Source of the DNA: Polyangiaceae bacterium
Lineage (GTDB): Bacteria > Myxococcota_A > Polyangia > Polyangiales > Polyangiaceae
Assembly (NCBI GenBank): GCA_044376115.1
Contig: JBILLK010000031.1
Span: forward strand, 59,231-123,230
Direction: 5' to 3'
Length of the DNA: 64,000 bases
Positions 55,381 to 64,000 of the stretch are shown one piece after another; positions within the stretch are counted from its first letter, which is position 1, and each line of letters starts with the position of its first letter. The position numbers and the translations under genes are program-made. The notes beneath the pieces are model-generated. The model was not told where the DNA came from, did no database searches, and was given only the letters and a program-made list of their open reading frames with translations.

Positions 55381-56145
55381 TTAACGGCGTTTTGCTGACT
55401 TGGACCGAGCTGGCTTGGCAGCGGTTCGGCTCGCAGCGGCCCGGCTTGGAGCGGCGCGTGGCTTCTTCTCTTCGGCCGGCTTGCTCGGGATGGCGCCGCG
55501 CGCGCGCACCCCGTCGAGCACGAGCGCCACCAGCTCCTGTGGCATCTCGAGGATCGGTCCTACGTCATCGCCAGCGAACAGCCGCGCCACGATCAGCTCG
55601 GAGGCGCCGACCACCACGATGGCACTGAGCCGGCCCACGAGCCCGCGTACGAGGCCGAGCGAATGAGCGATGTTCGATAGATCGGTGGCGCCGTTCAGCA
55701 CCTCCTCGGCCAGCTCGACGATCGGGCCGCGTGCGCCGTTCTTGGGCCCGCGCGACTCGTGCAAATACAGCCGAACGACGTCGGGGTATTGCAACACCAC
55801 GCGGATCAGATCCTGCGCCAGCCCCTCGTAAGGCTTGGCCACGTCCCCGCCGCGGGAGGCCTCCCGCAGCGCGGTCGCGCAACGTTCGAAGGTCGCGCGG
55901 ACGTCGCGTCGCATCGGGCTTACGAGCGAGGCCACGAGATCCGTCTTGTCTCTGAAATAGCGGTAAAAGCTGCCTTTGGCGGTGCGCGCGCCATCCACGA
56001 TTTGGTCGATGGTTACCGCCTCGACGCCGTACTGCAGAAACAGCCCGAGCGCGGCGCGTTGCAGCGCCTCGGTTCGCAACCTGCGGTTCTCGGCGCGTTT
56101 CCCTGTGGGTTGGGGACCATCCAAAGAAGGTGACTTGTTGGTCAC
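55381..56145 (-). CDS. TetR/AcrR family transcriptional regulator
   Basis: AALGLF...G...VTIDQI....AKGSFYRYFRDK.DL HTH; likely GTG start at 56145. Confidence 0.92.
   Translation of the reverse strand: MTNKSPSLDGPQPTGKRAENRRLRTEALQRAALGLFLQYGVEAVTIDQIVDGARTAKGSFYRYFRDKTDLVASLVSPMRRDVRATFERCATALREASRGGDVAKPYEGLAQDLIRVVLQYPDVVRLYLHESRGPKNGARGPIVELAEEVLNGATDLSNIAHSLGLVRGLVGRLSAIVVVGASELIVARLFAGDDVGPILEMPQELVALVLDGVRARGAIPSKPAEEKKPRAAPSRAAASRTAAKPARSKSAKRR
56130..56145. promoter_or_regulatory. Putative TetR operator 1
   Basis: GTGACTTGTTGGTCAC (GTGAC-N6-GTCAC), covering the first codons of tetR. Confidence 0.75.
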
Positions 56146-56183
56146 AATTCGGCTTGACACGAACGCTAGCATGCCTCAGAAAT

Positions 56184-56203
56184 AAGTGACTTGTTGGTCA
56201 CTT
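56184..56203. promoter_or_regulatory. Putative TetR operator 2
   Basis: AAGTGAC-TTGTTG-GTCACTT with the same 16-bp core as operator 1, between TTGACA (56154-59) and the GAGGAG RBS. Confidence 0.8.
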
Positions 56204-56216
56204 TTGAGGAGGGTCT

Positions 56217-56738
56217 ATGTGGCTAGGTTTTGCCGTCGGTTTGGTCGCTTCCAACGCCTTTGAGTGGGCCGTCCACAAGCACGTGCTGCATGGCCTAGGT
56301 GCCAACAAGAAGTCCTTCTGGGGCTTTCACTGGCACGAGCACCACAAGAACGTGCGCAAGTCGGGCGGCTTTGATGAGATGTACCTGCGCCCGATGGAGG
56401 AGACGCCGTCCAAACGCAAAGAGGTCCTCGGCGTGGTCTCCGGCGCGCTGCTCTCAACGCCGCTGTTGGCGGTAGCGCCTGGGTTCGTGCTCGCTTCCTG
56501 GGCCAGCGCTGGCGCCTACTACTTCGTGCATCGCAAGTCGCACGTGGATCCGGCCTGGGGTCGCAAGTACGTGCCTTGGCACGTTGATCACCACCTCGGT
56601 CCGGATCAACACAAGAACTGGTGCGTCACCTTCCCGTTGTTCGACTGGGTGATGGGAACGCGGGAGCCCTTCGTGGGGACCGAGCGAGAGCAGCGCGTCG
56701 CTCGGGCAACCGTGGTGGAAGCGCCGGCTCCGGCCTGA
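56217..56738 (+). CDS. Fatty acid hydroxylase / sterol desaturase family protein
   Basis: His boxes HKHVLH, HWHEHH, HRKSH and HVDHH; NWCVT..FDWVMGT. Confidence 0.88.
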   Translation: MWLGFAVGLVASNAFEWAVHKHVLHGLGANKKSFWGFHWHEHHKNVRKSGGFDEMYLRPMEETPSKRKEVLGVVSGALLSTPLLAVAPGFVLASWASAGAYYFVHRKSHVDPAWGRKYVPWHVDHHLGPDQHKNWCVTFPLFDWVMGTREPFVGTEREQRVARATVVEAPAPA

Positions 56739-56789
56739 CCGCGTTGTTCGCGGAAGCCGCGCGGGCCGTTCGGTGCTAGCCAGCTGGCC

Positions 56790-57608
56790 ATGAACCCGCG
56801 GGACTACTTTGCGCAAAAGACAGTATTGATCACCGGTGGATCGAGCGGCATTGGGCTAGCGCTCGCCGAGCAGCTCGCTGCTTTGGACGCCCGGCTCATC
56901 CTGGTGGCTCGTCGACAGAGCTTGCTCGACGAAGCGCGCGAGAAGCTGCTGCGCGCGCACCCGCGAGCCGTCGTGAAGGCCGTCTCGCTCGATATCAGCA
57001 ACGAGGCTGAGGTCAATCGCGTGATGGCCGAGGTTCAAGCCGGCGATCCGATCGATATGCTCGTGAACAACGCTGGTGTGGTGATGCCCGGGCGCTTCCT
57101 CGACCTGCCCGTGGCTGAGTTCCGGCAGATGATGGACATCAACTACTTCGGCATGATCCATCTGTGCAAAGCGGTGTTGCCGCAGATGACGGCCCGCAGC
57201 GTGGGCCACGTGGTCAATGTCTCGTCGCTCGCCGGGGTCATGGGGATTTACGGCTATACCGCCTACGCCGCCAGCAAGTTTGCCGTGGTCGGCTTCTCGC
57301 AGGCCTTGCGCGGGGAGATGTGGCCGCACGGCGTGCGCGTCTCGGTCTGCCTTCCGCCGGACACCGACACGCCCCAGCTCGCCTTCGAGAATCAGCACAA
57401 GCCCGCGGAGACCAAGGCCATCGCCGGCACGGTCAAGACGCTCTCTCCCGACGCCGTGGCCACGGCCATCGTCAGCGGCATGGCCAAGGGCCAGTTCGAG
57501 ATCTACCCCGACCTCGCGTCGCGCATGGTCGCATTGGGCCAAGGCTTCGCGCCGGCGGTTGCGCGCTGGGTTTGTGATGCCGCGCAGCGCAAAGCGAGCC
57601 AAAGCTGA
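56790..57608 (+). CDS. SDR oxidoreductase, 3-ketodihydrosphingosine reductase (KDSR)-like
   Basis: ITGGSSGIG, NNAG, GIYGYTAYAASKFA and PPDTDTP..EN..KP.ET, a pattern characteristic of the KDSR/Tsc10-like subgroup. Confidence 0.8.
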   Translation: MNPRDYFAQKTVLITGGSSGIGLALAEQLAALDARLILVARRQSLLDEAREKLLRAHPRAVVKAVSLDISNEAEVNRVMAEVQAGDPIDMLVNNAGVVMPGRFLDLPVAEFRQMMDINYFGMIHLCKAVLPQMTARSVGHVVNVSSLAGVMGIYGYTAYAASKFAVVGFSQALRGEMWPHGVRVSVCLPPDTDTPQLAFENQHKPAETKAIAGTVKTLSPDAVATAIVSGMAKGQFEIYPDLASRMVALGQGFAPAVARWVCDAAQRKASQS

Positions 57609-57616
57609 GGAGCGCC

Positions 57617-58768
57617 ATGTCCGAGGAGCTTCCGATCTACCTGGATCACAACGCCTCGACGCCGGTGCTTCCGCAGGTGCTCGAGGCGATGCTGCCGTAT
57701 TTCTCGCACCACTATGGCAACCCCTCGAGCCAGCATGCGTTCGGTCGGGCGGCCAAAGCCGCCGTTGAGTTGGCGCGTGAACAAGTAGCCGCGCTGATCG
57801 GCGCTAGCCCCGACGAGATCGTCTTTACCTCGGGCGGCACCGAATCGAACAACCTGGCCATCTTCGGAGCCAGCGCGGCACGGCCGTACAAACACCACCT
57901 GGTGACCTCGTCGATCGAGCACCCGGCGGTGCGTGTGCCGTGCAGTCGGCTGGTTCGCGACGGCGCACGCGCTTCGATTCTCGCGGTCGATGAGAGCGGC
58001 CGGGTCTCCGTGAGCGACGCCAAGGCAGCGATCAACGACAACACGTTGCTGGTCACGGTGATGTTGGCGAACAACGAGACCGGCGCCGTGCAGCCGATCG
58101 AAGAGCTAGGTGCGCTGGCTGAAGGCGTCGGAGCGCTGCTTCACGTGGACGCCTCCCAGGCGCTCGGCAAAATCCCGGTGAAGGTCGGCAAGCTCAGAGC
58201 GTCGCTCTTGAGCATCGCCGGCCACAAGATGTACGCGCCCAAAGGCGTCGGTGCGCTCTTCGTCAAACGCGGCAGCATGCTCACCCCGCGCTTGCTCGGA
58301 GCAACGCACGAACGCGGCATGCGCCCTGGCACCGAAAATGTGCCGGCCATCGTTGGGCTGGGCAAGGCCGCTGCGTTGCTCTCGGAGAACCTCGAACAAG
58401 AGCAAGAGCGTCAGCTTCGGCTTGCGCAAAAGCTGTGGAGCGAGCTGTCCGCGCAGGTCCCTGGTTTGCGCCTCAACGGCCCAAGCTTCGAGCAGCCGCG
58501 TTTGCCGAACACGCTTTCGTTACGCTTCCCGGGGGTGTGGGGTAGCCGCGTGCTCGCGGAGACGCCGCTGGTCGCCGCCTCGACCGGCGCTGCTTGTCAC
58601 GACGGTCAAGAGTCGGCCTCATCGGGCATCCTCGCGCTCGGGCTCAGTGAGCAGGAGGCGCGCGGTACGGTGCGTATATCGCTTGGCCGGCTCACCAGCG
58701 AAGCGGACGTCGAGCGGGCCGCGAGCGCCCTGGCCGAGGGCTTCTCGCGAGCGAGCGCGCTCAGCTGA
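57617..58768 (+). CDS. Cysteine desulfurase (IscS/NifS family)
   Basis: IYLDHNASTP, GNPSS.H, FTSGGTESNN, ANNETG, GHKMYAPKG, RPGTEN and STGAAC. Confidence 0.93.
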   Translation: MSEELPIYLDHNASTPVLPQVLEAMLPYFSHHYGNPSSQHAFGRAAKAAVELAREQVAALIGASPDEIVFTSGGTESNNLAIFGASAARPYKHHLVTSSIEHPAVRVPCSRLVRDGARASILAVDESGRVSVSDAKAAINDNTLLVTVMLANNETGAVQPIEELGALAEGVGALLHVDASQALGKIPVKVGKLRASLLSIAGHKMYAPKGVGALFVKRGSMLTPRLLGATHERGMRPGTENVPAIVGLGKAAALLSENLEQEQERQLRLAQKLWSELSAQVPGLRLNGPSFEQPRLPNTLSLRFPGVWGSRVLAETPLVAASTGAACHDGQESASSGILALGLSEQEARGTVRISLGRLTSEADVERAASALAEGFSRASALS

Positions 58769-59420
58769 AATGCAGGCGGTCGCTCACCAAGAGTTGGCCG
58801 CCCTCTTGTCCGCGAATGCGCCTTACCGGCGCGTGGGTTCGGTACGGTTCGCTGAGTGAAGGTCGCTCGAAGGAGATCACGCCCACCACCGTGACCTGCT
58901 CTCCGGGGCACAGCGCTCCTTCGCGATAGACGAGCTTTTCACGCAGGCCGAGCTCGAGCTGCTCGGGGTTGACCACGCTGGTCAAGAACTGTTCGAGGTC
59001 GAAGCGCGTCTCGGCGTCGAGTGTCTCGCTTCGCCACGCGAGATCCATGGTCACGTCGACGTTGGCCGCCTCCATCTCCACGAGCACGCGACCGCTATCG
59101 TCCTCGAGCAAGAAGTCGCTGAAGCGGGCCTCGCTCGCAAGCAGCCGATTGCGGCTGTCGCCGGCTTCAACGGTGGCGTGGTAGCCCGCGCAGGGCCTCC
59201 CTGAAAGCGGCGAGATCAGCGCCGGCCCGGCCAAGCGCAAGCGGCCGCTAAGCCGCACCGTTTCGCTGAGCGGCGCGTGTTCGATCGAGCGTGCGACATG
59301 ACGTTCGGCGCGCGCCCAAGCTCGCGCATGCTGGGTGAACTTTGAGCGTAGGGCCGTGGCGGTTGCGGCCAGCCCGACGGCTCCGGAGGCCAGCCACAGC
59401 GAGAGCACCATCAAGTCCAC
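58761..59420 (-). CDS. Hypothetical membrane-anchored protein (GIDE-like)
   Basis: N-terminal TM; L.SPLSGRPC..Y, F.LED.SG..LV and YREG.L.PG..V.V.G. Confidence 0.7.
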   Translation of the reverse strand: MDLMVLSLWLASGAVGLAATATALRSKFTQHARAWARAERHVARSIEHAPLSETVRLSGRLRLAGPALISPLSGRPCAGYHATVEAGDSRNRLLASEARFSDFLLEDDSGRVLVEMEAANVDVTMDLAWRSETLDAETRFDLEQFLTSVVNPEQLELGLREKLVYREGALCPGEQVTVVGVISFERPSLSEPYRTHAPVRRIRGQEGGQLLVSDRLHFS

Positions 59421-59483
59421 GCACGGAGCTTAGCAGGGAGCCAGCCTCGCGCTGGGCTAGCCGCGCAGGCTTTGGTGGCGGGC

Positions 59484-59909
59484 TCAGCCGTCTTGAGCGG
59501 GCAGGGGAGGCGGTGGCTTGCGGGGGCGCGGGATCCTGGACGGGGGCGCTAGGCGATTGGGCTTGGGCGGCTCATCGAGGAAAAGCTCCGGCGCGCGCCG
59601 CATCATGTAGGCCTCGATCGAGCGTTTGGCGTGCAGTGGCAAGCGCACGAACTCGAAGCCGTAGCCGCACGGCACGCCGTCCCTTTCAGTGAGACTCCAG
59701 GCCACGCGACACATCAGGTGAAAGGACTGCCCTTCGAAGCGGACCTTCAACCCGACCGTGGAGCCAATCTCGAGGGACTCCCGTGATTCAATGAACAGAC
59801 CGCCGATCGAGATATCCCGCGTGCGACCCGCAAAGAAGTTGTTATTCGAGGTCTCGACGTCGACGTCTGCAGCCATTTCAATGCGAGGGAATCGTCGACG
59901 GTCGGACAT
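59484..59909 (-). CDS. PilZ domain protein
   Basis: RRFPR (RxxxR) and DISIGGLF (DxSxGG) c-di-GMP-binding motifs; start at ATG 59909. Confidence 0.88.
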   Translation of the reverse strand: MSDRRRFPRIEMAADVDVETSNNNFFAGRTRDISIGGLFIESRESLEIGSTVGLKVRFEGQSFHLMCRVAWSLTERDGVPCGYGFEFVRLPLHAKRSIEAYMMRRAPELFLDEPPKPNRLAPPSRIPRPRKPPPPLPAQDG

Positions 59910-60025
59910 GCGCGCCTCCACGGGTTGTAGCCCTTCAAAGCAGGACGGATCCAACGCTCGCGAAGTAAAGGCCACGCTTGAAAGGTTGTGCTCCACGACT
60001 TAGCGAAAGCTGCTCTGATACTGCG

Positions 60026-61399
60026 GTGGGCACGGCCAGCTCCTCGACTCCGAACCTCCTTTACCGAGGATTGCGCGCGCTCGTGCGTGGCGCCGTGAAG
60101 GTGTTTTACGGCCGTGTCGAGGTGACCGGCCTTTCGCACCTCGAGTACAAGGGCGCGACCATCCTCGCTTCCAACCATCCCAACTCGATCGTCGATCCGT
60201 TGCTCTTGGGTCTGTTCGAGGACCGGCAAATCTGTTTCTGCGCCCGCGACGGGCTGTTTCGCATTCCCGGCTTTGGTGCGGTGTTGCGGCACGTCGGGGC
60301 GGTGCCGCTGAAGCGACGCAGCGATTACGCAGGCCAAACCACCGACAACGCGGGCGCCTTCACCGCCTGCACCGAGGTGCTGGCCAGAAAGGGCGTGATC
60401 GCGATCTTTCCGGAAGGCAAAACCCACGGGAACTTGCGCATCGAACCGATCAAAACCGGAGCTGCGCGGATGGCGCTGGGCGCGGAGACGGCCCACCCGG
60501 GGCTGGGTGTGCGGGTGGTGCCAGTGGGCATCACCTACCTCGTGCGCCATGCCTTCCGCAGCGACGTGCATGTCGCCTTCGGTCCGCCGATTGAGGTGAA
60601 GAGTCAGGGCGACGTGAATGAGCTGACCAAGAGCATCGGAGACTCGCTGCGTGAGCTCGCGGTTCATATCGAGCATGTCGATGATGAGCGTCTGCTCGCC
60701 CAGGTGACCTCGTTCATCGTCGACGTGCGCAGCGAAGAGGGCCTCGATGGTCGTGGCCAGTCGCCCGCGGAGCGCACCGCGCTGGTGCGCCGCGTGGTCG
60801 AGGCCTACCACTGGTTAGGCGCGACCGACCCCGACAAGATGGCCGAATTGCGCGAACGGCTCGAGGACTACATGGATGAGCGAGAGGCGCTCGGGCTCGG
60901 CGGCGAGCGGCCTGCGCTGCAGCACCGCGGCGAACGCAGGTTCGGCTTGGGCGCCAAACAGCGAGCGTTGTTCCTGGTGTTGGGCGCACCGTTGGCGCTG
61001 TTCGGCTTTGCCACCTGCCTGCTTCCGTACGTGACGCTGCGCATGATTCAGGCGCCGCTCAAGCTCAGCACCGATCGCATCGCGCTGTTCAAGATCCTCG
61101 GCGGGGCCGTCTTGTTCGGTGCAGCGTTCAGCGTGCAGGTGGCCTGGGTCGCGAGCGTGGCCGGGCCGCTGGCTGCAGCGGGCTTTGGTGCATCGCTGAT
61201 GCCGGCGGCGCTGTTTGCACGGCGCTACTTCATCGAAGCAAGGCTGCATCGGCTACAGCTCCGCAGCTTGGGCGCCCTCCGTGACCGCGATCGACTCACG
61301 GCGTTGCGCGCTGAGCGGAAGGCCATCTCGCTCGAGTTGGCCGAGCTGCGTCGGCGCTATCTCGAGCACCTGGGTGCCCCGATAGCGAGCGACGGCTAG
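60026..61399 (+). CDS. Lysophospholipid/glycerolipid acyltransferase (PlsC superfamily) with C-terminal TM region
   Basis: NHPNSIVD (HxxxxD), IFPEG, KTGAAR and VPVGI.Y. Confidence 0.88.
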   Translation: MGTASSSTPNLLYRGLRALVRGAVKVFYGRVEVTGLSHLEYKGATILASNHPNSIVDPLLLGLFEDRQICFCARDGLFRIPGFGAVLRHVGAVPLKRRSDYAGQTTDNAGAFTACTEVLARKGVIAIFPEGKTHGNLRIEPIKTGAARMALGAETAHPGLGVRVVPVGITYLVRHAFRSDVHVAFGPPIEVKSQGDVNELTKSIGDSLRELAVHIEHVDDERLLAQVTSFIVDVRSEEGLDGRGQSPAERTALVRRVVEAYHWLGATDPDKMAELRERLEDYMDEREALGLGGERPALQHRGERRFGLGAKQRALFLVLGAPLALFGFATCLLPYVTLRMIQAPLKLSTDRIALFKILGGAVLFGAAFSVQVAWVASVAGPLAAAGFGASLMPAALFARRYFIEARLHRLQLRSLGALRDRDRLTALRAERKAISLELAELRRRYLEHLGAPIASDG

Positions 61400-62916
61400 A
61401 CCCTGCGGCTGATGGTCAGCGTACTTGGCCCTGAATGGTCGGCGTCGGTGATTTCGGAGCTGAAACTGTGGGGGCGCGAGGCGTCGGCCAGCTTCGACAT
61501 ATCCATCTCGAGGGTCGGGAGCGGCTCGAGCAAGGCCGCGGTGCTCGGGTCGAGCGCTGACAGCTCGTTGGTTGAAACCAGCATCAGATCCGCTGCATCG
61601 AGCTCCAGCGTCGAGAGCGGCTCGACCGGCGCCACGACGTGCTCGCGGGTGATCAGGGTAGCCTGGCCCTCCCGCTCCCACACCGTCATCACACCGTTCA
61701 TCTCCTGAATTTCGTATTCGCGTTCGAGCGTACGCACGTGCTCCTGCGGCGTACCGACCGTGCCCCGCGGGACCTTCTTTAGCAGCTCCACCGCTTGCTC
61801 GACGCCGGTGCGACCCCCGAGGGAGACGACGAAGGAGGAGTCGGGGAGCTCGGTCAAGAGCAGCATGGCGGCTTTGGCCGCGCGCGAGAGCATGCCGCTG
61901 CCCTGGCTCGAACGCACTTCAGCGATCAGCGTGGAACGACCAGAGACCTCGACCTTGACGATGGTGCCACCGATCTTGCGCTCGAGTTCACCGAAGCCTT
62001 CTTCATCCACCAACGAGGAAGCGCTCGCGTAAGGCCGCTCCCAAAACACCAGGCCCACGCTGCCGGACGAGGAGTAGATCGTCGGGGCCTCGTCGCCGTC
62101 GTCGCTCGATACGGCCTCTCCGCGCATCATCCGCACGACGTCTTTCAGCGGCGGGCGAGCGCTTGGCTGCTTGTCCAACATCTTACGCAGCAGGATCGTC
62201 AGGCCCGCCGTGGACGCGTGCGGCGTGAACACTGGCGGCTCTTCGTACAGCACCTTCAAGAACGTGCCGACCAAGCTGTCTGCGCGGAAAGGCGGCAGAC
62301 CTGCGACGAGCTCGAACAAGATCGATCCGAGTGAGAACACGTCGGCCGAACCAAACGGCCCGGCGACCCCGCGCAGTTGCTCCGGAGGAACGTGCCCAGC
62401 TACGTCCGCGGTGAGGCTCGGCATCGAAGCGTCCGCGGCGATCTGCGAGGGCGGTACCAACATCAGATCGATCAGTGAGACGGTGGCTGCTTCATCGTCG
62501 GTCACCAAGAGCGAGCGGGGATGCAATTGCCCATGCGTGAGTTCGAGCGCATGAAGGCCGGCTACGGCCTCGAGCGCTCGGCGGGCGATGATGCCTTTAC
62601 GGATCGGGTTGATCGGATTGAGCATCAAGCGGTCGAGCGCGGTGCCCGGCGGACTCAGCGTCGCGGCGTATAGATCGCCCTCGGGCGTCGCGCCGAAGTC
62701 CCGTACCCGCTCGACGAACGACGTCTCGAGCGAAGCGAGCCGACGGACCACCGTCTCAAAATGCTCGATACCACGCGTCGTGACGTTGCTGTAGGTCCGC
62801 AGGCGCACAGAGGTGGAGTCTCGGAGGTCCACCGCCGCGTAGACCCCCGTTCCGGCCGCACGGTGAATGCAATGCTTCACCCAAAAGCGGCCTGCGATCA
62901 CCTCCCCCCGTTGCAT
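61396..62916 (-). CDS. Ser/Thr kinase-like protein with degenerate catalytic motifs (pseudokinase)
   Basis: Fold markers IAGRF, PPEQ, ADVFSLG.ILFEL..G.PPF and ML.K.P..RP retained; VAIK, HRD and DFG altered. Confidence 0.8.
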   Translation of the reverse strand: MQRGEVIAGRFWVKHCIHRAAGTGVYAAVDLRDSTSVRLRTYSNVTTRGIEHFETVVRRLASLETSFVERVRDFGATPEGDLYAATLSPPGTALDRLMLNPINPIRKGIIARRALEAVAGLHALELTHGQLHPRSLLVTDDEAATVSLIDLMLVPPSQIAADASMPSLTADVAGHVPPEQLRGVAGPFGSADVFSLGSILFELVAGLPPFRADSLVGTFLKVLYEEPPVFTPHASTAGLTILLRKMLDKQPSARPPLKDVVRMMRGEAVSSDDGDEAPTIYSSSGSVGLVFWERPYASASSLVDEEGFGELERKIGGTIVKVEVSGRSTLIAEVRSSQGSGMLSRAAKAAMLLLTELPDSSFVVSLGGRTGVEQAVELLKKVPRGTVGTPQEHVRTLEREYEIQEMNGVMTVWEREGQATLITREHVVAPVEPLSTLELDAADLMLVSTNELSALDPSTAALLEPLPTLEMDMSKLADASRPHSFSSEITDADHSGPSTLTISRRV

Positions 62917-62938
62917 CCAGTCATGGTGTCACAGCCAC

Positions 62939-63772
62939 CTACTCGCGATCGAGTGTGATCAACACGAGCTGCGGCCTACAGGTAAGGCGGGCCGCTACCA
63001 TGCTCATGCCGATGCCGCGTGACACCACGATGGGGCCGTTCGGCGTTTGGTATTGGCCCTCGACGTAGCCGCCCGAGCCGGGCGGAAGCCAAACACTTTT
63101 GCCCAGCGCACACAGCTGACCGCCGTGGGTGTGGCCGGCGAGGCCGAGCGCGAACGGCGTTAATCCCGCTGGCAACGTGTCAAAAATGCCCGGCGCATGC
63201 GTTAGCACAACGCGCGTGGTGCCCTTGCGGGCGCCGGCAAATGCAGCTCTCGCATCGGAGTGACCGCTGCAAAAGTCGTCGATCGCTACGAGCTCGAGGC
63301 CTTCTTTCTCGGTGCACTGATTGACCAAGAGCGTCGCTGAACTCTTCGCGTACGCAGCCGTCAACGCCTCACGAGGGACGTCTCCCCAGTATTCCCAGTT
63401 GCCTGGCGTCGCGACCAGCGACTTCGAGAGCGGCGCGAGCTGCGAGCAGAGCTCACTCAGGGCGCCCAAGTGCTCGACGCTCTCGACCGCGTCGCCGGTG
63501 AGCGCGATCAGCGTCGGATCAAAGGCCTTTACCTCCTGAAGGACGCGCTCGTGAATCGAGGCAAGCGAGCTGAGGTGCAGATCGCTCAGCTGCGCGATGC
63601 GAAGGCCTTGCAGCGCCTCGGGGAGGTCGCGCACGTAGATCGTGTGTCGAGCCACCGTCAGCCAGCGAGGCTCGACGACGAACGCCTCCACCCCGAGCCC
63701 GAGCGCGACGCCACCGCAACAAAGCGCGAAACGACGGCGCGTAAGCAGCTTCTTGCCGGACCGTCGATCCAT
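62939..63772 (-). CDS. Metallophosphoesterase (YkuE-like)
   Basis: SDLH, TGD, GNWE, GHTHGGQ and VSRGIG; twin-Arg-like TRRRF N-terminus. Confidence 0.9.
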   Translation of the reverse strand: MDRRSGKKLLTRRRFALCCGGVALGLGVEAFVVEPRWLTVARHTIYVRDLPEALQGLRIAQLSDLHLSSLASIHERVLQEVKAFDPTLIALTGDAVESVEHLGALSELCSQLAPLSKSLVATPGNWEYWGDVPREALTAAYAKSSATLLVNQCTEKEGLELVAIDDFCSGHSDARAAFAGARKGTTRVVLTHAPGIFDTLPAGLTPFALGLAGHTHGGQLCALGKSVWLPPGSGGYVEGQYQTPNGPIVVSRGIGMSMVAARLTCRPQLVLITLDRE

Positions 63773-63805
63773 CGCGAGAAAGGTACGGGAATCGAAGCGC
63801 GACGG

Positions 63806-63876
63806 GAATGACTCGTGCCAAGTTCAAGGTCTAACGGGCCTCCGGCCGTTCTTGTCGAAGAGGGCACGAGTCATTC
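63806..63876. repeat. Dispersed copy of the 37.3-kb repeat unit with a perfect 14-bp terminal inverted repeat
   Basis: GAATGACTCGTGCC (63806-19) ... GGCACGAGTCATTC (63863-76); inner GGCCTCCGGCC hairpin. Confidence 0.88.
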
Positions 63877-64000
63877 ACTTCGTGCCTTCGGCACTCCGTA
63901 GACCTCCGTGGACTCCGTCCACTTCGTGGACTCTGTCCACTCCGGTTCACTTCGTGCCTTCGGCACTCCGTAGACCTCCGTGGACTCCGTCCACTTCGTG
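63874..64000. repeat. 72-bp tandem repeat of nested short hairpins (second copy cut by the window end)
   Basis: TTCACTTCGTGCCTTCGGCACTCCGTAGACCTCCGTGGACTCCGTCCACTTCGTG starts at both 63874 and 63946. Confidence 0.88.

Overview
A GC-rich, gene-dense bacterial window. MYXO-CTERM-like tails, many Cys-rich lipoproteins, a Ser/Thr kinase-ATPase-TPR protein and a stand-alone PilZ protein point to a myxobacterium, probably Polyangiaceae-like (inference from protein families). It holds about 57 CDS and no recognisable rRNA, tRNA, CRISPR array or transposase. Routine genes include menB, a MepA-like endopeptidase, Skp/OmpH, a PduO-type adenosyltransferase, moeB, a cysteine desulfurase, a TonB-dependent receptor and a GT4 glycosyltransferase. 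Five accessory loci stand out. (1) A tightly coupled VTC polyphosphate-polymerase-domain / DUF4956 / HlyD-beta-propeller fusion / TolC operon has no ABC or RND pump and is a candidate trans-envelope polyphosphate synthesis-export machine. (2) An orphan evolved VgrG (LysM + PG-binding) lies divergent from an aegerolysin-like/Cys-His hydrolase fusion and a coupled WD40 lipoprotein. (3) An H-NOX / HK / REC-HDOD / REC / REC-EAL signalling operon. (4) A TetR-controlled desaturase / KDSR-like / desulfurase locus has two identical operators. (5) A family of structured intergenic repeats built from GNA-triloop hairpins occurs at about 37.2-37.5 kb and 63.8-64.0 kb. All family calls come from motif recognition by eye; no database search was run.
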